IMG/VR virus record: IMGVR_UViG_2513237087_000004 | Location: 1 to 64,000 of that record | Strand: one strand, 5' to 3' | DNA: 64,000 nucleotides | From: a virus | Taxonomy: Duplodnaviria > Caudoviricetes | Shown here: one piece after another, positions 19,680 to 28,979 of the stretch | Position numbering within the stretch: position 1 is the stretch's first letter | Layout of the letters: every line of letters begins with the position of its first letter | Program-made: the position numbers and the translations under genes | Notes under the pieces: model-generated | The model's input: only the letters and a program-made list of their open reading frames with translations | Told to the model about the DNA's origin: nothing | Database searches by the model: none

Positions 19680-20311
19680 CAGCCCACCTGGATCGTTTTG
19701 TATCGGCCGAGCACATCGGCCATGTCCGGGGTGATATCGACCGCGGCAGCCGCATCAACCCAATATTCGCGCTCGACCTGCTCGATCCCGGCGACGTCCA
19801 CCCGTTCCCGCTTCAGCATGGGATCGCGCGCGGTGCCGCTACGCCGGGAGACCATCTCGGCTGCCACCTCGGCGAGATCGGTGGGCACGTCGGCAAAGCC
19901 GGCCTGATAGGTCACCACCACGATGCCAGATTGCCACCGGCACGGAGAGCCATTGTTCAGCCGGGTCAGGACGCCCGCCCGCTCGTTGGCGAAGAAATCC
20001 GCAGCATTGAGCGTCGCGCCGTTCTCGACGACGCTGACGGTGCCGAGGAAGCGACGCGCCAGGATCAGGCTTTCAACCGCGCATTTCGGCCAGAACGTCT
20101 GCGCGAGGGTCTCCTGGCGCAGGGTTGGCGCCGCGATGCCGGCTCCGGCGACGCAACACCAACCGCTGATCGTGTCGGCCACGGCCAGTCCGGTCCTCAA
20201 CAGGCTCGCATCCTGCGTGCTGTCCGAGACGCTAGCGGCCGCGCGCAGTTCCTCGATCGACAACAACCCGCGGTCTGGCGCGGCCTGGGTGATGCGCAGA
20301 TCCGTGATCAT
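19679..20311 (-). CDS. Head-tail connector (adaptor) protein
   Basis: LLSIEELRAAA...VVVTYQAGFADVPTDL, gp6-like pattern. Confidence 0.7.
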   Translation of the reverse strand: MITDLRITQAAPDRGLLSIEELRAAASVSDSTQDASLLRTGLAVADTISGWCCVAGAGIAAPTLRQETLAQTFWPKCAVESLILARRFLGTVSVVENGATLNAADFFANERAGVLTRLNNGSPCRWQSGIVVVTYQAGFADVPTDLAEVAAEMVSRRSGTARDPMLKRERVDVAGIEQVEREYWVDAAAAVDITPDMADVLGRYKTIQVG

Positions 20312-20607
20312 CGCGCCGCTTCCGCCTCTGCCTTGCTGGCAAATGGCCCCTTCACACGATCCTCGCCGCGCACCAGCCACCAGCGGCCGCCGCCGGCATG
20401 CTTGACCACCAGATCATCGCCCTCCGGTGCTCCAGGTTCCGCCGTGGCGCCACGCGTCGGTGCATCGCCGGTCCAACCGCCGTGCTCTGCGGCCACCGCC
20501 AGGTCGCCGGAGACGATCTCCCCCAGTTCGATCCATTCGGGATGGACTCTCCCATCCCGCACGCCGAGGAAGCGCTGCGTCACGACCACCGTCTTCATCT
20601 CGGTCAT
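20308..20607 (-). CDS. Hypothetical head-module protein
   Basis: ATGA overlaps on both sides; 99 aa. Confidence 0.6.
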   Translation of the reverse strand: MTEMKTVVVTQRFLGVRDGRVHPEWIELGEIVSGDLAVAAEHGGWTGDAPTRGATAEPGAPEGDDLVVKHAGGGRWWLVRGEDRVKGPFASKAEAEAAR

Positions 20608-21584
20608 GGGGCTGTCTCCAGGGCGATGACGACGTGGACGAGCACGTCTTCGGGCTGCACGGCATCCGCACACGCCGCGAACCCTGACGGCCCGCGCGGG
20701 CAGAACTTGGTGGTCTGGTGCAGGCGATGACAGGGGTGGCACGCGACACTGGGCTCGATAGCCACCGTGTTCCGCCAATGGGCAGTGAGGTTCCTGGGCG
20801 ATGAATGCGACAGCAGCACAACCTTGCGGTTCGAGAAGCCGGCCACGGCATTCGTGATGCCGGTTTCGGGGCCGACCACGGCAGCCGCCAAGCTGCTTAT
20901 CGCCAGTGTCTGGCGGATCGGCGCCGAGGTCAGATCGACAACTCGACCGAGATCGCCCGGGCGGGCATCGCCCACCAAGGACAGCACGGCTTGAGCCAGA
21001 TGGGCATCCCGGATTCCGCCGGCGAGGAACAGCCTTGCGCCCGTCGCTTCCAGTAGCCGGCACGCGAACGACCCGGCATGCGGCCAAACCTTGTATTCGG
21101 CCGATCCGGCCAAACACAGGACCACAGCAGGCGCGCCGGCGACAGAACCGGCGGCCGCGCGCAGTTCGTCGTCGGAAGCGCAATAGCGCGGGAGGAACGG
21201 GCCAGCCACACCTGCGACGGCATGAATCCGCTCCACATAGTTCACATCGCCGTAGAGCCGTCGGCGGGTGGCGTCGTCGTGATAGAAGCCGAGCCGCGTG
21301 GGCAACAGCAGGCTGTCGTTCTCGACGGATTCGCACAGGTTGATCACCTGGTTGAACCCATTCGACCGAGCGTTCCAATATTCCGGCAGTGCTTCTTCCG
21401 GAACGGACCCCGCCGGCGTGATCAGCAGAGCGTCAATGAGGCGGTCGGAGCGAAGAACTTCGAATCCCTGCTCAGACGTGTCCCAGGTGATGTGGAACCC
21501 GCGCCCCTTGAGGTGCGGCAGGATCGACGCCGCCTGGAGAGCGTCGCCGAACCCGCCGTACCGGATGATGAGGAGGCGATCCAC
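20604..21584 (-). CDS. Glycosyltransferase family 9 (heptosyltransferase-like)
   Basis: RLLIIRYGGFGDAL N-terminal motif; VVGPETG...A donor-binding motif; C-terminal CHPC. Confidence 0.85.
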   Translation of the reverse strand: MDRLLIIRYGGFGDALQAASILPHLKGRGFHITWDTSEQGFEVLRSDRLIDALLITPAGSVPEEALPEYWNARSNGFNQVINLCESVENDSLLLPTRLGFYHDDATRRRLYGDVNYVERIHAVAGVAGPFLPRYCASDDELRAAAGSVAGAPAVVLCLAGSAEYKVWPHAGSFACRLLEATGARLFLAGGIRDAHLAQAVLSLVGDARPGDLGRVVDLTSAPIRQTLAISSLAAAVVGPETGITNAVAGFSNRKVVLLSHSSPRNLTAHWRNTVAIEPSVACHPCHRLHQTTKFCPRGPSGFAACADAVQPEDVLVHVVIALETAP

Positions 21585-21587
21585 GCC

Positions 21588-21980
21588 TCAGGCGACCGGC
21601 GCCACGTTCGGCCGGCCGCGAACGATGGCGGCGGACGTCAGCGCGCCCGTCGTCGCCGTGGCGGTCACCTGCATCGCGCGCAGATAGCGCTTGTTGCCGA
21701 TGTATCCCTGACGCTGGACCGCGTTCTGCTGGGCGGTGCCGCTGACGGCGGTCAGGGTGCCCAGGAGATCGGCGGTGCCGACGGCGATGAAGGTGGTGCC
21801 GTCGTCGGACTCATGCAGGGCCGGGGTATGGCTGCCATCGGTCCAGGCTCCGGCACTGAACACCAGCATCGCGCCGTTGAAGCCCTGGAGATCGACGGTC
21901 GAGCCGGTGGCAGTGCCGTTGGTGCGGGCGGCGGGGTGCAGGCTCGGCTGCACATCCTGAGAGGACTTGATATCGCGCAT
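21588..21980 (-). CDS. Capsid decoration/cement-like protein
   Basis: Immediately after the MCP; beta-rich, VDLQGF...ESDDG...GYIGNKRYLR motifs. Confidence 0.6.
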   Translation of the reverse strand: MRDIKSSQDVQPSLHPAARTNGTATGSTVDLQGFNGAMLVFSAGAWTDGSHTPALHESDDGTTFIAVGTADLLGTLTAVSGTAQQNAVQRQGYIGNKRYLRAMQVTATATTGALTSAAIVRGRPNVAPVA

Positions 21981-22009
21981 GGTGGCGCTCCTTCACGAAG
22001 ATGGGGAGG

Positions 22010-22030
22010 AGAGGCGGCGCGAGGCCGCCT
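22010..22030 (-). terminator. GC-rich hairpin after the major capsid gene
   Basis: GAGGCGGC-N5-GCCGCCTC, 8-bp stem; no clear U tract. Confidence 0.35.
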
Positions 22031-22034
22031 CCAT

Positions 22035-23456
22035 TCAGTTCGCGGCGAACTTCAGCAGCTTGATGGCCTCGAAATTCTGGATGCCGCCGCCGACGCGCTT
22101 GGTGGTGTAGAACAGCACATAGGGCTTGGCGGTGTAGGGGTCGCGAAGCACGCGCACGCCGACGCGGTCCACGATCAGATAGCCGCGGCGGAAGTCGCCG
22201 AAGGCGATCGAGTAGGAGTTGGCGGCGATGTCCGGCATGTCGGGCATCTCGACGACGGGGCGCCCGAGGACTTCCATCACCGCGCCGTCGGCCCGGAAGG
22301 ACACGTTGACGAGGTAATTGCCCTGACCGTCCTTCAGCTTCCGCACGGCACCGAGCGTCTTGCGGTTCATGACGAAGGTGCCGTTCTGCTGGTAGGCAGT
22401 CTTGGGCGCGGTGTAGAGGTCGATCAGGGCGTTGGCCTTGTCCGTCGCAGCCCAGTCTCCGGCGCCGCCGGTGGCGACGTAGCCGACCTTGCCCCAGGCA
22501 TACGAGGCGTCGGCGACCGGCGTGTAGCCGCCGATGAACCCTCGCGGCTTCTTCACGCCGTCACCGGCCACGAAGGCGCTGCCTTCCTGCGCGGCGAATT
22601 CCAGCTCCACCTCGGACGCCAGCCACGAGCCGATGTCCACGAAGGAGTCGTCCAGCAGGGTCTGGCTCGCCGCCGGCATGGCGTAGAGTTCCATGGCCGG
22701 GAACTCGATCTCGGAGAGGTTCGCGCCGGCGGTCTGCGGCCGGCTGTCGCCCTCGCCCACCCAGCCGGACGCGGTGCCGTGCTGATTCACCAGCTTCTTG
22801 TAGCTGGTGGCGCTGATCGGCCGGATGGTGCAGATCTGGCGCATGGGCGAGACTTCCTTGAGGGTCTCGTCGATGGCCGTCTCCATCTCCGGGCGGACAG
22901 TGAAGCCGCCGTCCGTGTCGGAGGAACTCATCATCGCGGCCTTGACGCCGAGGTCGCGGAGCGCCCGCTCACCGCCATCCAGCGCCCGTTCGCCGTTGCG
23001 GAAATAGGCGGAGAACTTCTCGCAGTATTCCGCGGCGTGCGCGTTGGCCATCCGGGGATCGGCCTTGGCCGCGGTGCCCGCGCCGGTCTGCATCGCGGCG
23101 ATCTTCTTCGACAGTTCGTCGATGTCCTTCTCGAAGGCCTTGATGCTGGCGGTCGCGGCGGAGACCTTCTCGGCCGCCGCAGTGATATCAGCGTTGATGC
23201 GGTCGACCTTCTCGTTGGTCACGACGTCGGTCTTGCCGGCCTTGATGTCGGCCAGGGCCTGATCGTTCGCGGCCTTGAAGTCCTCGAAGGTCTTGGTCAG
23301 GGTCGCATAGGCCGACTTCTGCTCTTCCTTCTGGCTGGAGACCGAGGCATTGATCTGCCCCAGCAGTTCAGCGATGGAGGGACCTTCGGCGCGCACCGCG
23401 CCAACCAAGGCACGCGGAGCCGTTCCGCCCAGCAGGCGGTGATTGTGAATGGTCAT
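22035..23456 (-). CDS. HK97-family major capsid protein
   Basis: DGGFTVRPE...SPMRQIC...ASQTLLDDS...GDGVKKPRGF...FGDF...RVGG motifs; N-terminal delta domain. Confidence 0.95.
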   Translation of the reverse strand: MTIHNHRLLGGTAPRALVGAVRAEGPSIAELLGQINASVSSQKEEQKSAYATLTKTFEDFKAANDQALADIKAGKTDVVTNEKVDRINADITAAAEKVSAATASIKAFEKDIDELSKKIAAMQTGAGTAAKADPRMANAHAAEYCEKFSAYFRNGERALDGGERALRDLGVKAAMMSSSDTDGGFTVRPEMETAIDETLKEVSPMRQICTIRPISATSYKKLVNQHGTASGWVGEGDSRPQTAGANLSEIEFPAMELYAMPAASQTLLDDSFVDIGSWLASEVELEFAAQEGSAFVAGDGVKKPRGFIGGYTPVADASYAWGKVGYVATGGAGDWAATDKANALIDLYTAPKTAYQQNGTFVMNRKTLGAVRKLKDGQGNYLVNVSFRADGAVMEVLGRPVVEMPDMPDIAANSYSIAFGDFRRGYLIVDRVGVRVLRDPYTAKPYVLFYTTKRVGGGIQNFEAIKLLKFAAN

Positions 23457-23481
23457 GGCTTTTGCCTCGAAGTGATAGATT

Positions 23482-24405
23482 TCAGTTCTTGAGGGTCATC
23501 AGCAGCGACGCGGCTGCGAGGAGGGCCTCGGTGTCTCCAGCGCCCGGCTGGCTCGGGGTGGCAGCGCCCGGCATGCCTCCGTGGCCTGCGGCAGCGCCCG
23601 GCTTGCCGTTGACCAGATCCTTCATGAGGGCGCGCGCCGAAGAGCGCGTCATGCCCCCCTTCTTCGTGAGGACCGCTTCCATCTGGCGGGCCGCGTTGGC
23701 TGTCCGCGCCTGCTCGGTGGTGGCCTTGTCCTCGGTGACGTCATCCTTCGACAGGCCGCCGGTCGCGAAGCCCAGTTCGATCGACCGCGATGCGTTGAGG
23801 AAGGTCTCCTCATCCATCCATTTCTCAATGTCCGAAGCCGACTGGCTGGACCTGGCGACGTAGATGTCGCGCAGAGACGCATCGAACGGCTCGAGGTAGT
23901 CGGCAACGTCGCGCAGGTCGTGCCGGTTGCCCATCGCCATCACCCACGCGTTGTGGATCATGAAGAATGCACCCGCACCGATCAGACGCTCATCGCCGCA
24001 CATGGCGATGATCGACGCGGCCGAGGCGGCCAAGCCCAGGACCTTCACCGTCACGTTCTTCGTGTGCGACTGGAGGAGGTTGTAAATCGCGATGCCCTCG
24101 AAGACGTCGCCGCCCGGCGAGTTGACGTGGACCTCGATGTCGCGATCACCGATCTCATTGAGCCGATCCGACACCGTTCCGACCGTGTTCCCGAGCCCGG
24201 TCCACCAGTCCTCGCCGATCACCCCGAAGATCCGGACGACGTTGTCGGTCTCCACGGCTGCGCGGACGCCAGCCTGCCACCTGGCGAGGGCCTGGACGGT
24301 CGGCGTGCCGACGATGTCGTCGCGGGGATTGGAGATATCGATGCGCGGCGGCCGCGCTTCGGCGTTCACGCGGCCGACGACCGCGCGCGGGATATTCGTG
24401 AGCAT
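23482..24405 (-). CDS. Prohead maturation protease, ClpP/S14 family
   Basis: VHVNSPGGDVFEG...GLAASAASII...MIHNAW...MDEET. Confidence 0.9.
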   Translation of the reverse strand: MLTNIPRAVVGRVNAEARPPRIDISNPRDDIVGTPTVQALARWQAGVRAAVETDNVVRIFGVIGEDWWTGLGNTVGTVSDRLNEIGDRDIEVHVNSPGGDVFEGIAIYNLLQSHTKNVTVKVLGLAASAASIIAMCGDERLIGAGAFFMIHNAWVMAMGNRHDLRDVADYLEPFDASLRDIYVARSSQSASDIEKWMDEETFLNASRSIELGFATGGLSKDDVTEDKATTEQARTANAARQMEAVLTKKGGMTRSSARALMKDLVNGKPGAAAGHGGMPGAATPSQPGAGDTEALLAAASLLMTLKN

Positions 24406-24416
24406 GTGGATCCCTC

Positions 24417-25748
24417 TCAGGCGGCCTGCGGCTGTCGCAGCGTGTCGTTGAGCATCGCCATCATCTCGGCGCCGCCGCCGAAATTGCCCAAGGCATTGAT
24501 GACGTTCATCGCATCCAGCGAGGTCATGTTGAGCGGGACGTTGTAGGCATCGCCGCCTTCTACCGGGTCCATGTCTTCCTTCTCACGGACGTCGTTCACC
24601 GACAGCCAGCCCCACTGCCGGCCGATGGCGTATGCCGCATAGCGGGTCTTGATGTCCCCGCGGATCAAGCCGGCCGGGTTCAGGCGGATGTAGAGGTCGG
24701 CGTCGTCCTGGGCCGACATGCAGTCGCGTTCCAGCGCCTCCTGCCACATCGTGAACCAGTCCTGCAGCGTGTAGGCCACGAACGCGATGCTCTGCTGCTC
24801 AATGCCGGAGCCCCAGGATGTCGTCTTCGTGGTCAGGCCAAGGAGATGCGGCGGTACGCCGTAGAACATGGCGATCTCGAGGAGCGTCATCTCGCGGGTC
24901 TGGATGAACTGGGCGTCCACCGAGTTCATCTCGACGCCCTCCCGCTCGATCCCTTCTTCCAGGAAGAGCGCCTTGTGGGCGTTCTCGGCGCCGCGGAACT
25001 CCTCCAGGCTCGCCTTCAAGCGCTCCACCACGCCATTGTCGGCGAACCTCTTCGGGTGGCGGAAGATCGAGCCCAGCGAGATCCCGTTCTTGAACAGCTT
25101 CGCGGCGTGCTTCTCCGTCTGGATCGAGAGGCCCAGGGACTCGCGAGCGAATCCGATCACCGATCGGCCCGTGAAGCCGTCGGTGCTCATGCCTTGAAGG
25201 TGCAGAATATCCGAGGGATCGAAGTTGATGATCCCGCCATTCGCTCGGGTGAATTTGAACTTCAGGGACAGGTCATCGGCCTGCTTCACGTCCATCCGAT
25301 CCGGATTGAGCGGGTTCAGCGCGATGATCCTTTTGCCGGCGCCGCGCACGATCTGGGCATAGGCGTTGCCGCGGTTCAACGTGCAGAGCTGCATGTACTG
25401 CTTGAACTGGCTGGGCGTTTGCCAGTCGTTCGGCTTCCGCCGCAGCACCGTCCAGAGGGGGTGATCGGAGGCATCGATGCGCTTTTTTCCGTCCCTGCGC
25501 TTGATATCGATGGGGACCGTCTTCACTGCCGAACAGATCAGGTTCGTGCAACGATTGGCGGCCCCGACCTTCAGCGCGGAGTTCGGGTTCACCGTCGCGC
25601 CGGATTCCGTGGAAAAGCCCCCGTTTCGGAGAAATTCCTGGATTTTCGGGTCGTTCAGATCGCCCACGGATACCATCTCTCCCTCGGCCCGGGGCGACAC
25701 CGGCGAGCGGGCCCTGCCAGCCCAAGGGAGCATGTCGAACAGACCCAT
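24417..25748 (-). CDS. HK97-family portal protein
   Basis: HPLWTVLRRKPN...GNAYA...ILHL...YGVPPHLLG...SWGSGIEQ. Confidence 0.95.
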   Translation of the reverse strand: MGLFDMLPWAGRARSPVSPRAEGEMVSVGDLNDPKIQEFLRNGGFSTESGATVNPNSALKVGAANRCTNLICSAVKTVPIDIKRRDGKKRIDASDHPLWTVLRRKPNDWQTPSQFKQYMQLCTLNRGNAYAQIVRGAGKRIIALNPLNPDRMDVKQADDLSLKFKFTRANGGIINFDPSDILHLQGMSTDGFTGRSVIGFARESLGLSIQTEKHAAKLFKNGISLGSIFRHPKRFADNGVVERLKASLEEFRGAENAHKALFLEEGIEREGVEMNSVDAQFIQTREMTLLEIAMFYGVPPHLLGLTTKTTSWGSGIEQQSIAFVAYTLQDWFTMWQEALERDCMSAQDDADLYIRLNPAGLIRGDIKTRYAAYAIGRQWGWLSVNDVREKEDMDPVEGGDAYNVPLNMTSLDAMNVINALGNFGGGAEMMAMLNDTLRQPQAA

Positions 25749-25762
25749 ATTCGACGCTCCCG

Positions 25763-27484
25763 TCAGAGGACCAGGAAGCCGCGGGTCGCATACGCGCTGC
25801 CCACTGCTTCGGGGTTCAGGTTCATGAGCGAGGCGGCATCGAACGTCGCCATGAGCGGATCAATCTTCGCCACGCCGGCCGCCTGCTTCGTGATCATTTT
25901 GGAGTTGCCCTTTTGCTCCTGCTTCGCGTTGCCCACGCACCAGGACATCAGAGGGCTTCCCTCATGAACCAGGCTGCCCTTCGCCAGGCGGCGCTCCGTC
26001 ACCTTGATCGCGTTCTGCAGGGTGAAGCCCTGCCGGATGCCCACGATCAGCCCTGCCGCCTCGTCCGTGGAATTCGTGAAGCCGCGCAGCGTCAGCTCGT
26101 CGACGATGTCGTTGACGCCTGACGGATCGACGCCGACGCCACGCTCCTCCGGAAGCAGTCCGGCTCGACTGATCTGCTCGACGATATCCGCGACCCCTTG
26201 AACGTCCTCGTCGGAGTCGTCCTCAATGATCGTGAGCACGCCAGCTTTCGCCAGGTCCTCGAGCTTCGACGCGATGCTCTTACGCTGCTCGGTCAAGACG
26301 CAGCGGTGGCACCAGGCATGGTTCCACAGCAGCCACCGTCGGGTGTCCTTCTCGCGACCGATCACGGCCATTCCCAGAAGGTCGTCCATGCCGCCGCCGT
26401 CGACGCCGACCACCACGACCTCGCAACGATCGAGCAGTTGTTGCAGTCGCTCCGTCGGCGTAGCCTCGGCCATGTCCTTGTCGGCACGACGCAACCAGAA
26501 CTTCGCCCCGATCCAAGCCCCAGAATTGGAACCGAGCCCGATCTCGATGTTCAGGTGCTGAGAGGCCCACACCTTGACGGCGTGCTCGCCTTTCTCGCGC
26601 TCGTCCGAAAGGTCCTGCTTGAGGCTCTCCAAGTGCACCGATAGGCCCAGGTTGGGCATGACCATCGGCCAGTTCGCCGGGTCAGACCACAAGTCCTCGT
26701 CCTTGGCGATCCGCGCAGGGAACTCGTAGAGGACCGGGAGCATCCGGCCGGCCCGCTTTCCGTCGCGGATCATGCGAGCGATCATCAGCTCGTCCTTGAA
26801 GACGCCGGTCGGCTCCTCGTCGCTCTGCGTCGAGGTGAAGATCAGGAAGCCCTCGGTGTTCTTCTCCAGGCCGCCGCGGATCTGGCGCAGTACCTTTGCT
26901 GCCTTGGCTTCCTTGCCGAGCAGATGAAGTTCGTCGATCAGCACGCCGACCGGCTTGGGCCCGGTGAGGACCTTCAGGTCAAACGTCTTGATCTTGAGCT
27001 TCGCGCGGTTCGTTCGGTCCTCGATCTGCTTGATGTGGTCCCGAATGTGAAACCGCTTCAGCAGCACCGGATCAGCTTCGATCATGCCGGCGGCCTGGCT
27101 GAATGCCAGCTCAGCTGTCGACTGCATCGGCGCCACGAGCAGGAACTCGGCCCGCGGCCGGATATTCATGAGCAGCGCCACGAGCATAAGCGCGGCGCTG
27201 TAGCTGGTCTTGCTGCTGCCCTTCGGCGCCAGCGCGAAGATCTCGCGGATATGGCGCACGTTGGTCGCCGGGTCGCGCTAGCCGAAGAGCGCGCGGACGA
27301 TATCCCTGAACCACTGACCTGACGCATCCCGCAGAAGCGGTTGGTCGGGCACGTCTGGCAGCACTAATCCGTCGTAGAATGCCTGGCCCGCGTCTGCCTC
27401 TTCCAGAAAGAGCGGCAGATCGGGCACCAGCGTGGTGCGCTCGACGATGCGGCGCTCCCAATCCCGACAGGACAGGTCCCACAT
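25763..27484 (-). pseudogene. terL: Terminase large subunit interrupted by an in-frame TAG at 27278-27280
   Basis: The 68-aa ORF (WDLSCRDWERRI...WFRDIVRALFG*) continues in the same frame with RDPATNVRHIREIF, the Walker A-like PKGSSKTS, Walker B VLIDELH and nuclease motifs VGVDGGG and KIDPLMA. Confidence 0.9.
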
Positions 27485-28059
27485 CAGTGAGAGCGGCGTA
27501 CCGCGGCCGCGCGTTGTGCCATCATTTTGCCCATGGCGGTCGCGGTGTCGGGGTTATTCGCCGCCTCCACCAGCGCCTCCTTCTTGCCGAGCGACTTTGC
27601 TTTCTGCTGGCGGCTCGTCCGGGGAGCCCCGTCGCCATCCGCGATGCCCAACGGCTTGCCGAAGCCCCAGCTGAGCAGTTCATGCGCGGCCTGCCGGCGC
27701 ACAGCCTCGCTCTTGGCGGTGGCGGTGAGGTGCGCGAGCGACACGAGCGCCAGATACGCGAGCGAACGGGCAGCTTTCGATAGATCGAACTGGTCCTCAA
27801 CGACGGCCGGGATGCTGTAAGTATTCGCAAGTATCCGAATATCAGACAGGTTGAATTCTTCGACCTTTCCGAACGCCGACTTTTCTGCATCTGCCTGCGC
27901 GAAATCGGCGGCGATGCGCGACCAGCCATCAAGCTTGGCGCGCCGGCGGATGGAGCTCTCCGCGATGCCGTGCGCCCGGGCGATTTCCCGCACCTTCATT
28001 GAAGAAGTACGGAATTCGCGTTCGATGGATGCCCAGTCGATCTTCTTGCTGCGAGCCAT
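27484..28059 (-). CDS. terS: Terminase small subunit
   Basis: Directly upstream of and overlapping terL; N-terminal HTH; C-terminal GKKE motif. Confidence 0.7.
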   Translation of the reverse strand: MARSKKIDWASIEREFRTSSMKVREIARAHGIAESSIRRRAKLDGWSRIAADFAQADAEKSAFGKVEEFNLSDIRILANTYSIPAVVEDQFDLSKAARSLAYLALVSLAHLTATAKSEAVRRQAAHELLSWGFGKPLGIADGDGAPRTSRQQKAKSLGKKEALVEAANNPDTATAMGKMMAQRAAAVRRSH

Positions 28060-28116
28060 CGATCACCAGCCGGAAATGCGCACCCTGCGCAGATGCGCAG
28101 CAGTTCGACGCCTCAA

Positions 28117-28191
28117 GAATAAAACCTACAAGTGACTGCCCTACGCGGTGGAGGCCCCAGGCCTTTCTGGAGTTTTCGCCCCCCTCCCCCT
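28117..28191 (-). other. Putative cos/packaging region
   Basis: Minus strand GGGGGAGGGGGGCGAAAACT...ACCGCG...CAGTCAC...TTTTATT immediately upstream of terS, resembling pre-terS sequences of HK97-like cos phages. Confidence 0.45.
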
Positions 28192-28371
28192 TGGTCGACG
28201 CCGCAGGCCATATCTCAACTCCGTCGAGGCGGCGCGCTATTGCCGGAGTTGGTTGGGAATTGGGATTTATCTTCCATTTTTTATTGTCGACTACTTGACC
28301 GTCGAATTCGGCCGTGCCCTCATATGGGCGTCACCAGGGCATTTCAGCCCGCCTCAATAGGAGACCGTGAC

Positions 28372-28515
28372 ATGCGACCCACTTTCATCCCCTGCGCCTC
28401 CCGCTCCACCGCGAAGCGTCACGCCCCTTGGGCGGTGGTCATTACCCGTGCTGACGGTGGCTTCCTGGCCTTCGACAGCGTGACCACGCACGCCACCTGG
28501 CGCCGGCAGAAGTGA
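28372..28515 (+). CDS. Small hypothetical protein (47 aa)
   Basis: AGGAG SD; MRPTFIPCASRSTAKRHAPWA... Confidence 0.65.
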   Translation: MRPTFIPCASRSTAKRHAPWAVVITRADGGFLAFDSVTTHATWRRQK

Positions 28516-28525
28516 GGGGGCGGAC

Positions 28526-28621
28526 ATGAGACACGACAGACACAGCAACCCGCGCCTCCGCATTCGTCGGTCGGAGCGCCGCGCCGCCATCTCCCGCAAG
28601 CATGCGTTCCTGGAGGCCTGA
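28526..28621 (+). CDS. Small basic peptide (31 aa)
   Basis: Read by eye; GAGGGG SD; fills the gap between neighbouring genes. Confidence 0.45.
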   Translation: MRHDRHSNPRLRIRRSERRAAISRKHAFLEA

Positions 28622-28625
28622 GATC

Positions 28626-28979
28626 ATGGAGACCTTGCTGTATGGCCTCTACGCCACCACCAGCAGCGCAGGCGGATGCGCCGTGCTGCGGTTCGGTGAT
28701 CTGGAGCACACCGGGAAGCCGGTCACCTTGGCCCTTGGCGTCACAGCAGCTGAAGCGGCGGACGTGATCGAGGCCGATATCGTCTTCGGCGGCTGGCGCC
28801 AGGGGCAGCCGGGCCGCGCGCCCCGCACTCTCGACTATGAGCACGTGGCCGGCGGCGCCGTGGAGTTCTTCAACGCGGTGGACGGCGTCGCGCTATGGAC
28901 CCTGCCGCCCTGCCTCGCCTGGGCTGCTCCGCTGGTGTGGCGCCTGTCCTGGCGCATCGTGCGGAGGGGCTGGCTATGA
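28626..28979 (+). CDS. Hypothetical protein
   Basis: ATG 28626; ATGA overlap with the next gene. Confidence 0.6.
   Translation: METLLYGLYATTSSAGGCAVLRFGDLEHTGKPVTLALGVTAAEAADVIEADIVFGGWRQGQPGRAPRTLDYEHVAGGAVEFFNAVDGVALWTLPPCLAWAAPLVWRLSWRIVRRGWL

Noticed and set aside
27278-27280. Genome-wide TAG recoding (alternative genetic code)
   Set aside because: TAG serves as a normal stop elsewhere (30282-30284; 34377-34379, followed by ATG at 34382; 62452-62454), and no suppressor tRNA is seen
15482-27484. Gene transfer agent or tailocin
   Set aside because: Full replication, immunity and early modules are present; the TMP and terminase are broken rather than streamlined
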